Numbered from the stretch's first letter, positions 37,687 through 50,645 are shown. The stretch is DNA of 64,000 nt from Octopus bimaculoides (GCF_001194135.2 NC_068986.1:68625228-68689227); one strand, 5' to 3'. Notes: generated by a model from the sequence alone, not told the origin. Numbers and translations: made by a program.

Positions 37687-40600
37687 ATTCTTCTCAACGA
37701 TTAGCAGAAACAATTTATAGCAAGTGTTCTATAGTATAATCAATAAAAAAGTTTCTTGGCAAATGACAGATATACGATTCCTGCCCTGTCTTATGCACCT
37801 GTTATTCTTTTCAAATTGCTGCTTATATTGTCTTGATATTATTTTCATTAACATTTTAAAAATTAATTCCAAATTTATATTTTCTTTAGTAATATTTCAG
37901 ATTAGCATTCATTAAAAGGTTATGTAAATTCAACACTTGCATGAATATTTAATACAAATCGCTTGCAGCTGGATGTTTTAATGTATCGAAAGTTCTGGCT
38001 TTAAATGAATTGTACATCTTTCCAGCAAAGTTACTTAAAGCGTTTAGGCTAATAAGTTATGTCTTAGGAATAATCCAGTGCTATCAGCAACATTTCAAGT
38101 AAATTTCAGTGGTTCGTTGTCCCAATTATTGCTTTATAGAAGCATCAAAAATATTAAAGATCAAAATTATGAGCACTGTAATGTACAAGTTAAGAAGCTA
38201 TCAACAAAACTAATTTTCAATTCAGTTTCAATTCCTCTTCTTACTTAAATCTGAAACCTTGAATTCAACACAAACAAATCTATAACTTCATTAAAAATTC
38301 TTAAGAATACATGCCAGAGAGGATCTGAATCCTACAAGATAACCAGATTTCTAATGTTAATTTTGTTTTAAATATTTCAAAAATATTCAAAAAGATTTAC
38401 AGAATACTGAATAGTAACTATAAAAGTCATTTTAAATGATTGGTAATGAAACTAGAGGCTGTATTATGCATAGATAATTAAAATATAATAACATGATTCT
38501 TAAATCAATAAACGATTGAAGGAATATTGTAGGACATATTCCATTAAGAGAAAAATCTCATTTGTCATAGAGACAGAATGAATAACACCAAGAAATAGTT
38601 CATTCTTAAAGCCGATAACACAATAAAACACAAACAACTACATAAGTACATAAGAATTCTTTAAAATAATGTACATCAGTCTTTTATATTCTGCTGGCAA
38701 ATAATAGTAGTCGCTCAAGCTTTTTTTTTTTTTTTTTAATATTTCTTACATTTTGATATATATTGAAAGACAATGGACTAAAATGCATTTTAAAATGTCA
38801 TAAGAATTTAGAGCATTCTGCACCAGACCATTCTAAAACACAAAATTATTATTCCATAAAATTTTTATTGAAATAAATAGATCAAAATTTTTTTATTGTC
38901 AAGAAATGTTCATACTTTAAAAGCTTATACATCATACCATGCACACACATTCTATTCTACAAAGTGCAGATAAAAAGATTGTGGACTCAAAGAATTTGAA
39001 ATATTGGTGCAACTCCAACAACATTCTGTCCTTAACCATATTCATGCCAAACTTTGAGGTAATCACACACAGGTTTAAAACTAAATAGTGAATTAAAATT
39101 AAATACAAATTGTTATTACATTAATATTATTTGAGATAATGTTTAAAAATGAATGGAAGCTGCCATTGCTCCTACTGACTAAAGTAAGCAAAGTGATGAG
39201 TTTCTGTGATAAGTTCAGTGTTTATGAACACATTAAACCTTTATTAATGTCTGAACTCTTGCGACCATGTATTTAGTAGCTCAATACTGTAACTTTATTG
39301 TTATTGATCCTTGGAATGTCAGACATCAAAAAAAAAAAAAAAAGACAGACAGACAGACAGATGACTGAATAATTACGACCCTCAGAGAGATACTCTCTTG
39401 TAACTGTCCATCTCGCACCAGCATAAAGATTAAATATGATGCTAATGATGGTGGTTACCTAAATTCATGTGATTCACCATCATATGTTCTCAGATATTAT
39501 TGCTAATGTCAATCTTTCTATCATTAAATGAGACGAATAGCTTTAAAAGGCAATAGTAGAATGTTTTTAACAGATTTTGAACTTGTAATCTCTAGTTCAG
39601 CAAATAAAGCTTTCAGTCACACACAATCATAATTTAAAGCTGAGGAGATAGAAAAACAAAAACAAAAAAATATACATTACCATCAATCATCAAGAAAATG
39701 AACTTACCTAGAAAAAGAAAACAAAAAGGGAATAAATTATTATTATTATTATTATTATTATTCAGTTGATTAGAAATTGTGTATAGATACAATTTAGAAT
39801 TGGTGAAAAAGAAAATTTAAAAAAAAAAGTATCTTTATATATTTTCATCTTTAGTTTTAAAACTGATAGTTACCACTACATGAGTTGTTCCTTCTTAAGG
39901 TAAAGTTGGGCAATCTAGTAGACGGAGTCTACTTTCTAGTTTTTACTCACAACTGAAACCATTTTGCTTCATTGATATAACTAAGACTTTCAAAATAAAG
40001 TAACATTAGACATCACATGCAGTCATCTGAGGCAGAAGAGAGAAATCAGCCTACCAACGGAACTCACTCAGCAAAAAACTTGTAAGTACTGCATCAATCA
40101 TTCAATGATATTTCTCTTCGTTTATAAATCTGAGGCATTATGTCAGTGTAATAAATCAATATTGCAGAGCTGCACAGTTCATGCCATTATAGAAAATTAT
40201 ATATAAACTAATTATAAAGAGGATGAACACAAGAAAAAAATAATGAAATCAATGGTTTTAAAATATAAAATTTAAAAAATTTAAAGAAACAGCAAAAATA
40301 TTGATGATATTTGATAAGATAGGGACAAATCAAGAAAGCAGAGCCAATTAGCAACTAGCAAGAATGAACATTAAAATTTAAAAAAAAAAAGAAAAAAAAA
40401 TTAATTCAAAGACTAAGTTTTTAGATAGCTGAAGAGTTAATGAAATTTAATAATTGTCACAAATGATATCTGATTAATCTTTTCATTACATCCTGTTCTG
40501 TAATGGAATTTAAAATGTCATGCATGCTAGTTTAATTGGAGATTCAATCAATTCGCCAGAAATTTCTTTATTATATTAATTTTATTTCATCAATATTATT

Positions 40601-41229
40601 AACAATCTTTTTTCAAACTTTATTATAAAAAAAACTTTTTTTTTTTTTTTTGAATAACAGAAAGGGACTCTGAATCATTAGCTCATGTGATTTCCAAGCA
40701 ATGAAAGAGTGAGTAAATAGAAGGGATAGGACAAGGTTGGGTTACAAAATTATAAAAGTTATGTAATTACGTCAGAGTTCAATCTTATTCTTGATATTTA
40801 AAATGTGAACATCAGATCCTGGTAATATATCATTTTTCAGTTTGAATGCTTTAAGTCTATTCTACTTTATTTCCTTTTAATTATATCCAACTCCAACTAC
40901 TATCCATTATTTAGGTCAGAAGTGCTTACTTTAAACAGTATACAGATATACTCCTGAGACTAATTTGATATTATATTTTTATTGGGTTGAGTCATCTGTG
41001 TTATTTTTATTGGGTTGAGTCATCTGTATTGGGGCACAGCCTCCAAGAGTGTAGTGATTTTCATCAAGCTTCAGTAAATATTTTAGTGACCTTAAAAGGA
41101 TAAAATGAAAAGTGAGCTTGGGAAGGATTAAAACTCAGAACATAACCAAATACGAAACAGCAGAGCAGAATCAACTAATATCAATTATCCTGCCTAGGTT
41201 TTAACAGATAAAAACCTGTCATCAACAAC

Positions 41230-41727
41230 TGGAGCATTTTTTCATGATTTTCAATTTCAATATTAAACATGTTCTTTTCTGTGACTTCATCTTCTGCTTC
41301 TACAAACACCTCAAAATATGCAAAAATATCGTAAATATTGTAATTTATCGAATTCAGAAAATTTTTCATGTCGATGTAAATTATAGTAGATCCCCATCCC
41401 TCCTTGTGGAAGCAGAAGATGAAGATGAGACAGAAGATGAAAATGAGGCAGAAGATGAAAAAGAATACATTGAAGTCGTATTTTAGAGTAATTTCATCAC
41501 AGTCATTTAAAAGCTACCCGAAGAAGATACAATGAAAATTGTATTTTATAGTTAATAAATAAGTAGAGGTATATTTTTTTCCACCACTTTTTCCATTTTT
41601 TTATGCATTTGTGGAATCAGAAGATATCACAGAGTTTTAGGATTTTACACCAATTATTTTGATGTCCATTCACAACTTTTCCACAATACCCCAACCATAA
41701 AATCAAAAATCATGAAAAAAATCTCCA
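41230..41727. mobile_element. Foldback/MITE-like element with internal 18-bp periodic repeats
   Basis: TGGAGCATTTTTTCATGATTTT vs AAAATCATGAAAAAAATCTCCA, and CTGTGACTTCATCTTCTGCTTCTACAAA vs TTTGTGGAATCAGAAGATATCACAG, are inverted matches. Confidence 0.6.
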
Positions 41728-43050
41728 CTTTACTGCATAATGCTGTTTAATTAAGCTAACTACTAATCTGTGCATGTTGCAACACTCTCGAACCTTATCT
41801 ACTTGCGCATGCAAGAACAACTCCTTTCTAGTCTCTTTCACTGATAAGTAGGGCATTTTATAGTGGAAATATTAAAATATGGGTTAATGTGTAAACTTTG
41901 TCCTTCATTTTTAACTTCACTGTAATGAATTTTGCAACCATTTTTAATAGTATTTCACATTTCAGATAAATTGCAGTTCTCTATTACTACAAAACATATT
42001 GTGCTTGATACTCTGTGAAGTGATGTGATTCAATTATTGAAATAATTATTTGTTCCAATCTCAAGTAACAAAAGCGATTACAGTTTTTTTGAATAGAGTG
42101 TACAGGATATATGCTACAGATGTGAAAACTTATTGGGTGAGTACACACATATAGGCGCATTTATTCTTCCATGTATACTGTTATCATTATTCCCAAGTTC
42201 AACAAAACTATGTCATTTTGACATATGGGTAGAGGAATATATTCAACCTACAAAGCAGATATAACCTTGAACACTTTTATTGTAACATAACAGATTGGGG
42301 TGACAGTAACTTGAAATATTCAGGCAATGAAATAATTCATAGCTCTTTGGAGTGCATTTGTTCAACAGATTTCTTAGAAATATCACAACTTACATTACTA
42401 ACTATTCACTTAAAGATATAATACACATATATCGCAAAGTATTCAAGATAATGAACTTAAGCGGTATTAAGGACACTTCTGGGTAGTTGTTAGATAGCTC
42501 AATATAGCAGCACTATCTTTCTTCTACAATAAACTCCCTATTTTCAAAATACAGATTAAGACATTATATTCCACTGTAAATTAGAAAAAGACTACAAGAT
42601 CATTGAAAACAAAACTAATCTGACACTCATCTAATAACAGCAGTGACTTAGATTACATAAAATAAAGCATTAAGCCTATCTAAGACTGAAAAGTAAATCA
42701 GTGAACTCTAATGTTACTATTTAGCCTTAAGCAACTCATATTATTTAAAACATAGTATACCTAGAACTACATATCTTTTCTTTTTTAAGAAGCTAGGGTA
42801 TGATTTGAAGGAGATTTGACTGCTAGACAAGCAGCCACAGAGAGCCTCCCATCTTAGTTCATGGATTCTAATTTTCAAAATGGTGAAACGCAATCATTTT
42901 AATAATGCTAACGAATGCATACTTAGATGAACCTTCAAATTGAACTTAAAAAGATCAGTTAAGTGAAAAATCATACAAAAGCAGCTAACATTATATCAGT
43001 TTCTCATAAATATCTCTGTAAGGAATTCACCACAGGGTTCAGTCATTAAT

Positions 43051-43153
43051 GTAGTGTAGCTCGTGTACTTCAATGACCCAGCGAGCTATGCCTGCGGAGT
43101 GTAAGCTCCTGGTAGGGCCACCCATGCTGGAGAGGTCAAAGGATTAAGACCAG
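43051..43153 (+). mobile_element. Solo fragment resembling the 5' leader of RTE-clade (Rex3/Expander-type) LINEs
   Basis: CAATGACCC..GAGCTATG...CTCCTGGTAGGGCCACCCATGC...AGGTCAAAGG resembles that leader as recalled from memory; it is not database-checked. Confidence 0.5.
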
Positions 43154-43164
43154 GTTAATAAAAC

Positions 43165-43540
43165 TTGCTTCCTAACCACATGGTTCCAGGTTCAGTCCCA
43201 CTGTGTGGCACCTTGGGCAAGTGTTTTCTACTATAGCTTCAGGCCAACAAAAGCTTTGTGAGTGGATCAGGTTGATGGAAACTGAAAGAAGCTCATCATA
43301 TATAGATGTGTGTGTGTGGGCGTGTGTGTGTATGAGTGTGTGTCCACATCATTGCTTGACAACTGATGTTGGTATGTTTATGTCCCCATAACTTAGTGGT
43401 TCAGCAAAGGAGACCAATAGAATAAATATTAGGCTCACAAAGAATAAGTCTGGGGTTGATTTCTTCAACGAAAACCCTTTAAGGCAGTGCTCCAACATGG
43501 CCACAGTCAAATGACTGAAATGTGTAAAAGAATAAAAGAA
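43165..43540 (+). mobile_element. CORE-type SINE
   Basis: Match to the family consensus from body to tail. Confidence 0.85.
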
Positions 43541-43827
43541 GAACCCTACCTAGAAAAAAAGCTGCAAAATTACAGAAGATACAACAACAACTTGACTTAG
43601 GAGAAGAAGGCCTTCCCTTGGGAAAACATGACACAGCATAGCAAAATCCAAAAGAAAGCTGCAAAACAAAAGCAAGAATCCAGGTGGAGAAAACAAAACA
43701 AAAAAAGACAGTCCAGAGTCAAGAACAGGATAAAAGTTGTAAATAGTCTATAATCCATAGGGAGTGAATGACTTAAGACTGTAAGGAAAGATTATATTGT
43801 CTATAATTTTTGCATCTAACTCTAACA

Positions 43828-44352
43828 CAGTATTCTCAACAGGGGGTCCATGTCGTCTCTGAGGGTCCATATAAGATTGGGGGTGTCCATGCAACAGAAT
43901 AGTAAATTGGGGATCCACAATAGTATTTGAAGAGCCCCTGAAGAAGTCTTGTTTTAGATGATTGGCCTTCGTGCCGGTGGCATGTAAAAGCACCCAATAC
44001 ACTCTTGGAGTGGTTGGTGTTAGGAAGGGCATCCAGCTGTAGAAACTCTGCCAAATCAGATTGGAGCCTGGTGTAGCCAGCTGGTTCACCAGTCCTCAGT
44101 CAAATCGTCCAACCCATGCTAGCATGGAAAGCGGACGTTAAACGATGATGATGTATTTGTATGTATTGCAAGAAACAGCAAGGCTTCTTTCTCTAACATT
44201 TTACATAGTTCAACCTACACAAGTTAGTGTGTGAAAAACAAAATAGGAATTTGAAAAACATATCTGTAAAGCAATGGGTGGGTGGGGTTAGTCCACCAGA
44301 ATAAAATAGTAATCAAAGGTGCCCATAGGTAAAAAATAGTTGAGAACCTCTG
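43828..44352. mobile_element. hAT MITE with a nested RTE 3' tail (43967-44152, +)
   Basis: TIRs CAGTATTCTCAAC / GTTGAGAACCTCTG, TSD CTCTAACA / TTCTAACA, and an inner RTE tail ending GGACGTTAAACGATGATGATG. Confidence 0.85.
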
Positions 44353-45192
44353 TTCTAACATATAAACTCTGAAATTAACTATGATCTTGGAAAGCCCATT
44401 CTATGATGCATAGTTCATGTAAAACAGACATTACAGAAAGGAGATGTGATATTTCTGAAAGCTATATATACAGCACCATCTGGTATTGGATAGTAATAAA
44501 AGTCAGTAGTGATTTACTGTTTACTACCAACCTCTCCCTATCTCCTTCATAGCCACCTACAGCCAGCAACAGATGAACGCTGCATTGGAGGAAAAAAAAA
44601 AAAAAAAAAAAAAAAAAAGAAAACACAACCTTTTAACACTGATTATTTTGTGCGACTGGAAATTTTCAAGTGAAGAGATTTTAAAAGTGAGTGAAAAATA
44701 AACAAGTCACATGCTGTACTGAACATTTGGAAATACAGATTGCTATATAATCTCAATTCTATATTCTGATTATCGCTTTCTGTTTACATTCTATTTACAA
44801 GATTACAATACACAGGGAAGCTTTGTAAATGAAGACGTTTCCATAATGTTGTGTAAAATATTCTCTCATTTCTCTGACTGCTGTTGTAATGGCTTAACTG
44901 AGAAATTAGAATGAATACCAAAGTTGGCCAGATAGACTGAAGTTAGTAAGATAAGGACAAAATATAATCAACAGTAAACAAACCAGCACCAAGACACAAT
45001 CACAACACAGGAACAACACAAGTTTTGGGCGCTGTTCTTCTTCCTTTTCTTTTTTCTTTTCTTTTTCTTTTAGTTAGTAAGCCATTGGACTACAGCCATA
45101 CTGAAGGACCACTTTCAAAGGTTTAGTTGAACAAAATCAATCCCAGTACTTATCGTTTAAGTTTGGTACTTATTCTATGGGCATTATTTACA

Positions 45193-45338
45193 CTTGACGA
45201 ATATTTGTCCTCATCTTGTTTGTTGTTAACACAATGTTTCAGCTGATATACCCTCCAGCCTTCACCAGGTATTTTTCGATGTTATTATTATTAAGTCAAT
45301 GCCTGGAATTGGACTCCGAGTTCGATTCCAAGCAGTGA

Positions 45339-45380
<42 letters not shown>

Positions 45381-45622
45381 CAATAATAATAATAATAACA
45401 ATAACAATAATAACAATAATAATAACAATAATAACAACATCGAAAAACACCTTAGGAATGAGAACCCAAGTTCGAAATTTCTCCAAGACACCTGATGAAG
45501 GCTGGAGCGTATATCAGCCGAAACGTTGTGTTAACAACAAACAAGATGAGGACAAATATCCGTCAAAAGAAAATAATGTACATAATGTACATAATTCCTC
45601 ATCTCTTAAATATAGAACTGTA
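45193..45622. mobile_element. Head-to-head palindromic pair of a hammerhead-bearing, B-box-containing retroelement
   Basis: The arms are reverse complements centred near 45317. The right arm is B-box GAGTTCGATTCC, then (AAT)n, then a Penelope-type tail. Confidence 0.8.
45487..45532 (+). ncRNA. Minimal type-I hammerhead ribozyme motif
   Basis: GACAC-CTGATGA-A-GGCTG(GAGCGTATAT)CAGCC-GAAA-CG-TT-GTGTT: intact core, 5-bp stems I and II, ACGT stem III and a GUU triplet. Confidence 0.78.
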
Positions 45623-45868
45623 TTATTTTATGGGCTTCTATGGTGGTTGGGGGCGGGTAAAAAACAACCAAGATTGGTTGTCAACCAGTGGTGGGCGGAG
45701 GCGGGGGAGACAAACACAAAAAACACACACACACACATCATTCAAAACTGTTTAATTCGGTTGTCCCCCATTTTATATTTTTAATTTCAGGCATGCATGT
45801 TGTTTTTGATGTTGTCAACTACACAGTATAGTACGGTCAGTTGGGTACCGTCTGTGAGAAAAACAGCA

Positions 45869-46694
45869 CNNNNNNNNNNNNNNNNNNNNNNNNNNNNNNN
45901 NNNNNNNNNNNNNNNNNNNNNNNNNNNNNNNNNNNNNNNNNNNNNNNNNNNNNNNNNNNNNNNNNNNNNNNNNNNNNNNNNNNNNNNNNNNNNNNNNNNN
46001 NNNNNNNNNNNNNNNNNNNNNNNNNNNNNNNNNNNNNNNNNNNNNNNNNNNNNNNNNNNNNNNNNNNNNNNNNNNNNNNNNNNNNNNNNNNNNNNNNNNN
46101 NNNNNNNNNNNNNNNNNNNNNNNNNNNNNNNNNNNNNNNNNNNNNNNNNNNNNNNNNNNNNNNNNNNNNNNNNNNNNNNNNNNNNNNNNNNNNNNNNNNN
46201 NNNNNNNNNNNNNNNNNNNNNNNNNNNNNNNNNNNNNNNNNNNNNNNNNNNNNNNNNNNNNNNNNNNNNNNNNNNNNNNNNNNNNNNNNNNNNNNNNNNN
46301 NNNNNNNNNNNNNNNNNNNNNNNNNNNNNNNNNNNNNNNNNNNNNNNNNNNNNNNNNNNNNNNNNNNNNNNNNNNNNNNNNNNNNNNNNNNNNNNNNNNN
46401 NNNNNNNNNNNNNNNNNNNNNNNNNNNNNNNNNNNNNNNNNNNNNNNNNNNNNNNNNNNNNNNNNNNNNNNNNNNNNNNNNNNNNNNNNNNNNNNNNNNN
46501 NNNNNNNNNNNNNNNNNNNNNNNNNNNNNNNNNNNNNNNNNNNNNNNNNNNNNNNNNNNNNNNNNNNNNNNNNNNNNNNNNNNNNNNNNNNNNNNNNNNN
46601 NNNNNNNNNNNNNNNNNNNNNNNNNNNNNNNNNNNNNNNNNNNNNNNNNNNNNNNNNNNNNNNNNNNNNNNNNNNNNNNNNNNNNNNNNNNNNN
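45869..46694. other. Assembly gap
   Basis: Run of N. Confidence 1.
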
Positions 46695-46919
46695 TGTGTA
46701 TGTGTACACACACACACACACACTTCTAAATCTACATGCTCATGTGTTCAGCAGTTAATCAATTGTATTAACAATAATCACATAATGAAAATTATTCATA
46801 GTTATTCTTAGGATCTTAATTTGCCTTAAACTGAAAATCTATTGCTTGTGGATTTGGTGTGAAATCCCTAATCCTGGCTGAATAACAATGCTATGTCAAT
46901 TACAATGTTAAGCTAAAAC

Positions 46920-47150
46920 TCTCATCATCATCATCATTGCTTTAATGTCCTCTTTTCAATGCTTGCATGGGCCAGACAGAATGTGTTGCAGCTGAGATTT
47001 TACAGCTTTTCCTGTCAGCAGCTCTCACCTGTTTCCACATAAGGTAATATTTCATCATAGCTGCATGTGTTTTCATGGAAGATTGGAAATACAGGATGAT
47101 GCCCACATGATGGTAGTGCCTGTTTACAACAATCACATAATGTCAAGACA
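46920..47150 (-). mobile_element. Old element with an RTE-like tail (same family as 51165-51420, 53040-53240 and 58040-58260)
   Basis: (CAT)n followed by TTTTC.ATGCTTGCATGGG.CAGA..GAA...TTTCCAAG.AAGGTAATATTTC, shared among the four copies. Confidence 0.65.
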
Positions 47151-48924
47151 AGGGGACACTAACTAACTCAGACACGTGTGTGTGTGTGTGTGAGAGAGAG
47201 ACAGGCTTCCTTTGTTCCCATTTACTTGATTTGCTCACAAGGCTTTGGTCAGCCTGGAGCCATAAAAGACACTTGCCCACAGTTGGACTAAACCTAGAAC
47301 CAAAGAGTGGGGAAGCAATCTTCTTACTACAGCACCATACCTGCACTTAATTATGATAAAAATTAAAGCCAGCTTTCTGAATAGTTTTGTAGTCTTCAAA
47401 TCAGTCAAGATTTTGTTATATATAAATAAGGTTTAAGTTTGATGAATTCTCAAAGTCTTCCAGAGTTTACTTTATAACAGAAGTTTATCATTACATCAAA
47501 TGATACTTCACATTCAAAAAGTACTAAGGTACTTGTGTAATTCTACTGATTATTTAGACAAAAAAATAAATAAATACATAAATAAATATATAAATAAATA
47601 TATAAATAAATAAATAAACACATCTGCTTCATTTGAATTGTTGTTCAAAGCATACATTAACCAGGATTTCTATTCAGCTCTTTAAGTACTACTTGAAGAC
47701 ATTTGAACAGACTGATTGCATTAATCACATGAACATTCATACAAATAGAATCACTATTGAAAAGAAACAACCACACAAACATAATCAATAATTCTGCTGT
47801 GTTAACTTCATGAACTCCTCCTTTAGTTTCTGTATTGTTAAATCAGGCTGTCCAGCAATGAATATTTTTGATATTTTGCAAATGTTGTGTATATGAATCT
47901 TGTAGTATGCAGAAGATGTTGATGATGTGTAGAGCAGCACATATCAATAGTGCAAGTGTTGATTGAAATTGAAGTCTAAATTTATTGAAGTATTTCTGAT
48001 GAGATGTGTTATCTTTTTATAAATACAGTTAAGTCTCATACATATAATATTGTGAGCTGAAAAACTGGCCCATTGAGATTATGCAAACTATTTGCAGACA
48101 AAAATTCCCTACGATGTTTAAAATCTAAAACCACACAAGTGATATAAAAACTCTATTAAGATTAGGTGATGAAAATTTTTTAGGCAATAGACATTGCAGA
48201 TTAAAATGAATCTAGTTTTTAAAGCCAACAAGTGAAATCCACATAGATGTTTCAGTCTAATTAGTCCTCCTCTGTTGAGATTTGATAGGATGACTAAAAC
48301 TAAATCCTCTCTAAGCATGAGAATGAGTTTCTTAAATAGACATTCATCTCAGCACCAGACTTTGCTTTGGACATTTGAAGAGCATGTACCATTCAACACT
48401 GTTATATTTGAGTAAAGGAATGATTAAGGTATACTACTACGAACACATGCATTATGAAATGATGTTTACAACATATATTACACTGTATTTCACACCAGAA
48501 TACTTCTAGGAAAGGCAATATTCCCAGTCCTATTTCAGATGAAAATTAATCTCATTAGCTTAATCCTACTGAGTCATAAGCTAAAATCTAGCTTTATACA
48601 CACCTATGGAGAAATTTTTTTAACAGTCATGTTGAAGCAATCAATTACCAGTTGTTAAAAAACAATTATTATTAATCATTCTCATGTTCTCTTATTATTT
48701 CACGATGAAACTCCTCTCCACATCAATATTCCTATGTTTACAATCATCCAAACAGTTGGTTAATAAACATACTTAGTTTTCATTGTAGGTTTTGAAAATA
48801 ATTTCTAAATATTTTCCACTGATTTTGAGTTATTTTTCATCAGTTTAGAGGTTGTGTCTTAAATCATAATTTCTTGTCCTTGTAATTGCTTCTTTTAATA
48901 TTTTCTTATGCTAGCAGTCTTCCA

Positions 48925-49313
48925 GATGTTGTTGGCACTCCGTCGCTTATGATGACGAGGGTTCCAGTTGATCCGATCAACAGAACAGCCTGCTTGTGAA
49001 ATTAACGTGCAAATGGCTGAGCACTCCACAGACACATGTACCCTTAACGTAGTTCTCGGGGATATTTAGCGTGACACAGAGTGTGACAAGGCTGGCCCTT
49101 TGAACAGAAACAGGAAGTAAGAAACAGGAAGTAAGAGTGAGAGAAAGTTGTGGTGAAAGAGTACAGCAGGGTTCGCCACCATCCCCTGCCGGAGCCTCGT
49201 GGAACTTTAGGTGTTTTCGCTCAATAAACACTCACAACGCCTGGTCTGGGAATCAAAACCACGGTCCTATGACTGCGAGTCCGCTGTCCTAGCCACTGGG
49301 CCATTGCGCCTCC
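48925..49313 (-). mobile_element. ~390-bp tRNA-derived SINE
   Basis: Reverse complement of the 13320 and 33697 copies. Candidate TSD TTCCAGAT. Confidence 0.92.
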
Positions 49314-49641
49314 ACGTTTCCAGATAGTTGTGACCATATAAACAGTACAAAGATCTGGTAACATTTTGTATGACAGGAAGAAATTTCTGATATGTAATAA
49401 AATGTCTCTTATTAGATTATCATTAAGGTAATGAGCAGGCAGAATCATTAGCATGCCAGACAATATGCTTAGCAGCATTTTTCCTAGCTCTTTATGTTTT
49501 GAGTTCAAATTCTGCTATGGTATACTCTGCCTCATCCTTTCAAAGTCAATAAACTAAGTACCCACTAAAATTGTTGGCTTTGTGCCAAATTTTGAAACCA
49601 TTGTAACATTATCACTAAATTTCAATGATTATTTCCATTTT

Positions 49642-49772
49642 TTAACCCTTTAGCATTCAGATTACTCTGTCAAATGTAATGCTTATCTATTCATATTGTT
49701 TTGAATTAATCATGCATTATCTTCTAGTTTTGATATTTTGATGATGTGGTTGTTTATTTTTAGAATGACACC
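49642..49772 (-). mobile_element. piggyBac-type MITE end fragment
   Basis: TTAA-CCCTTTAGCATTCAG terminus, homologous to 7110-7240. Confidence 0.75.
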
Positions 49773-50645
49773 CCTACACCATGAAAATAAAATATCACCA
49801 AGTGTTGTCACAGATGTACAAACAAAAAGTTGGGATGGTCACAGCTGGGGTGTCTTTAATTATAGGGCTACTTTATCAGGGCTGATCTGGGACTAAATAA
49901 CAAACTCTAGTAATATTGTCCAATTCTTTTAATCTGAAAACTTTGCAAAATTACAATTCTAAAGCTCATACACAACCCAACTTCACATAGAGCTATTTCA
50001 TGTCTATATAGACTCAAATATTATAGAAAGCCTCATCATTAATATCACTAAACCACACATTACTCTTTATATCCCAACATATTTTAAGACCACTACATTC
50101 AACTATTTCATCACTCACAGATAATATATGACAACTTCTACACTGAAAAAACTCTCTACTCAACTCCTATGTTTGCTATCCATTTAGATGCAAAATGCTT
50201 AATATCCTACAAAACAATTCGAACTACTGGGTAGTAAACTACCAGTATGCCACCAATCCTAGTAGTCAATTTTTCTTAGCTTATGAAGGTAGGTTGGATT
50301 TTGTGGGTGCAATTGCTCTTATAGTTGGGTGTTTTCTAAAATTAACTAGTCAACCATGAAATGCAATTGTAAACTATTATTTATAGGTCAAGCAAGTTGG
50401 AGGAAGCAAAGTTACTCTGATGAATTTATGTGTCAGGAATTGATGTTGGAATGTACTTGTAGTACAAATAGACTAAAGAAAACTTATAAAAACGTAGGTC
50501 AAACTTGATAACATTGGCTGCCATAGGAGAAATGATGCAGAACTTAGAGAATTGCTGTATTGCAGACCTAACTCATGTATGGCAAATAGGAAGATGGCAA
50601 AAAAATTGTGAATTTTAAATTTATTACCTCTATTGGTTACATGCT

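Noticed and set aside
40023-40081. 59-nt open segment ending in GTAAGT
   Set aside because: The acceptor lacks a pyrimidine tract and the length is not frame-preserving.
45645-45712. GC boxes plus an inverted CCAAT suggesting a promoter
   Set aside because: The sequence matches the central part of the CORE-type SINE on the minus strand.
11455-46758. Long ORFs in the track containing X runs (around 11.6, 23.5, 26.2, 28.2 and 45.9 kb)
   Set aside because: They stay open only because they cross N gaps.
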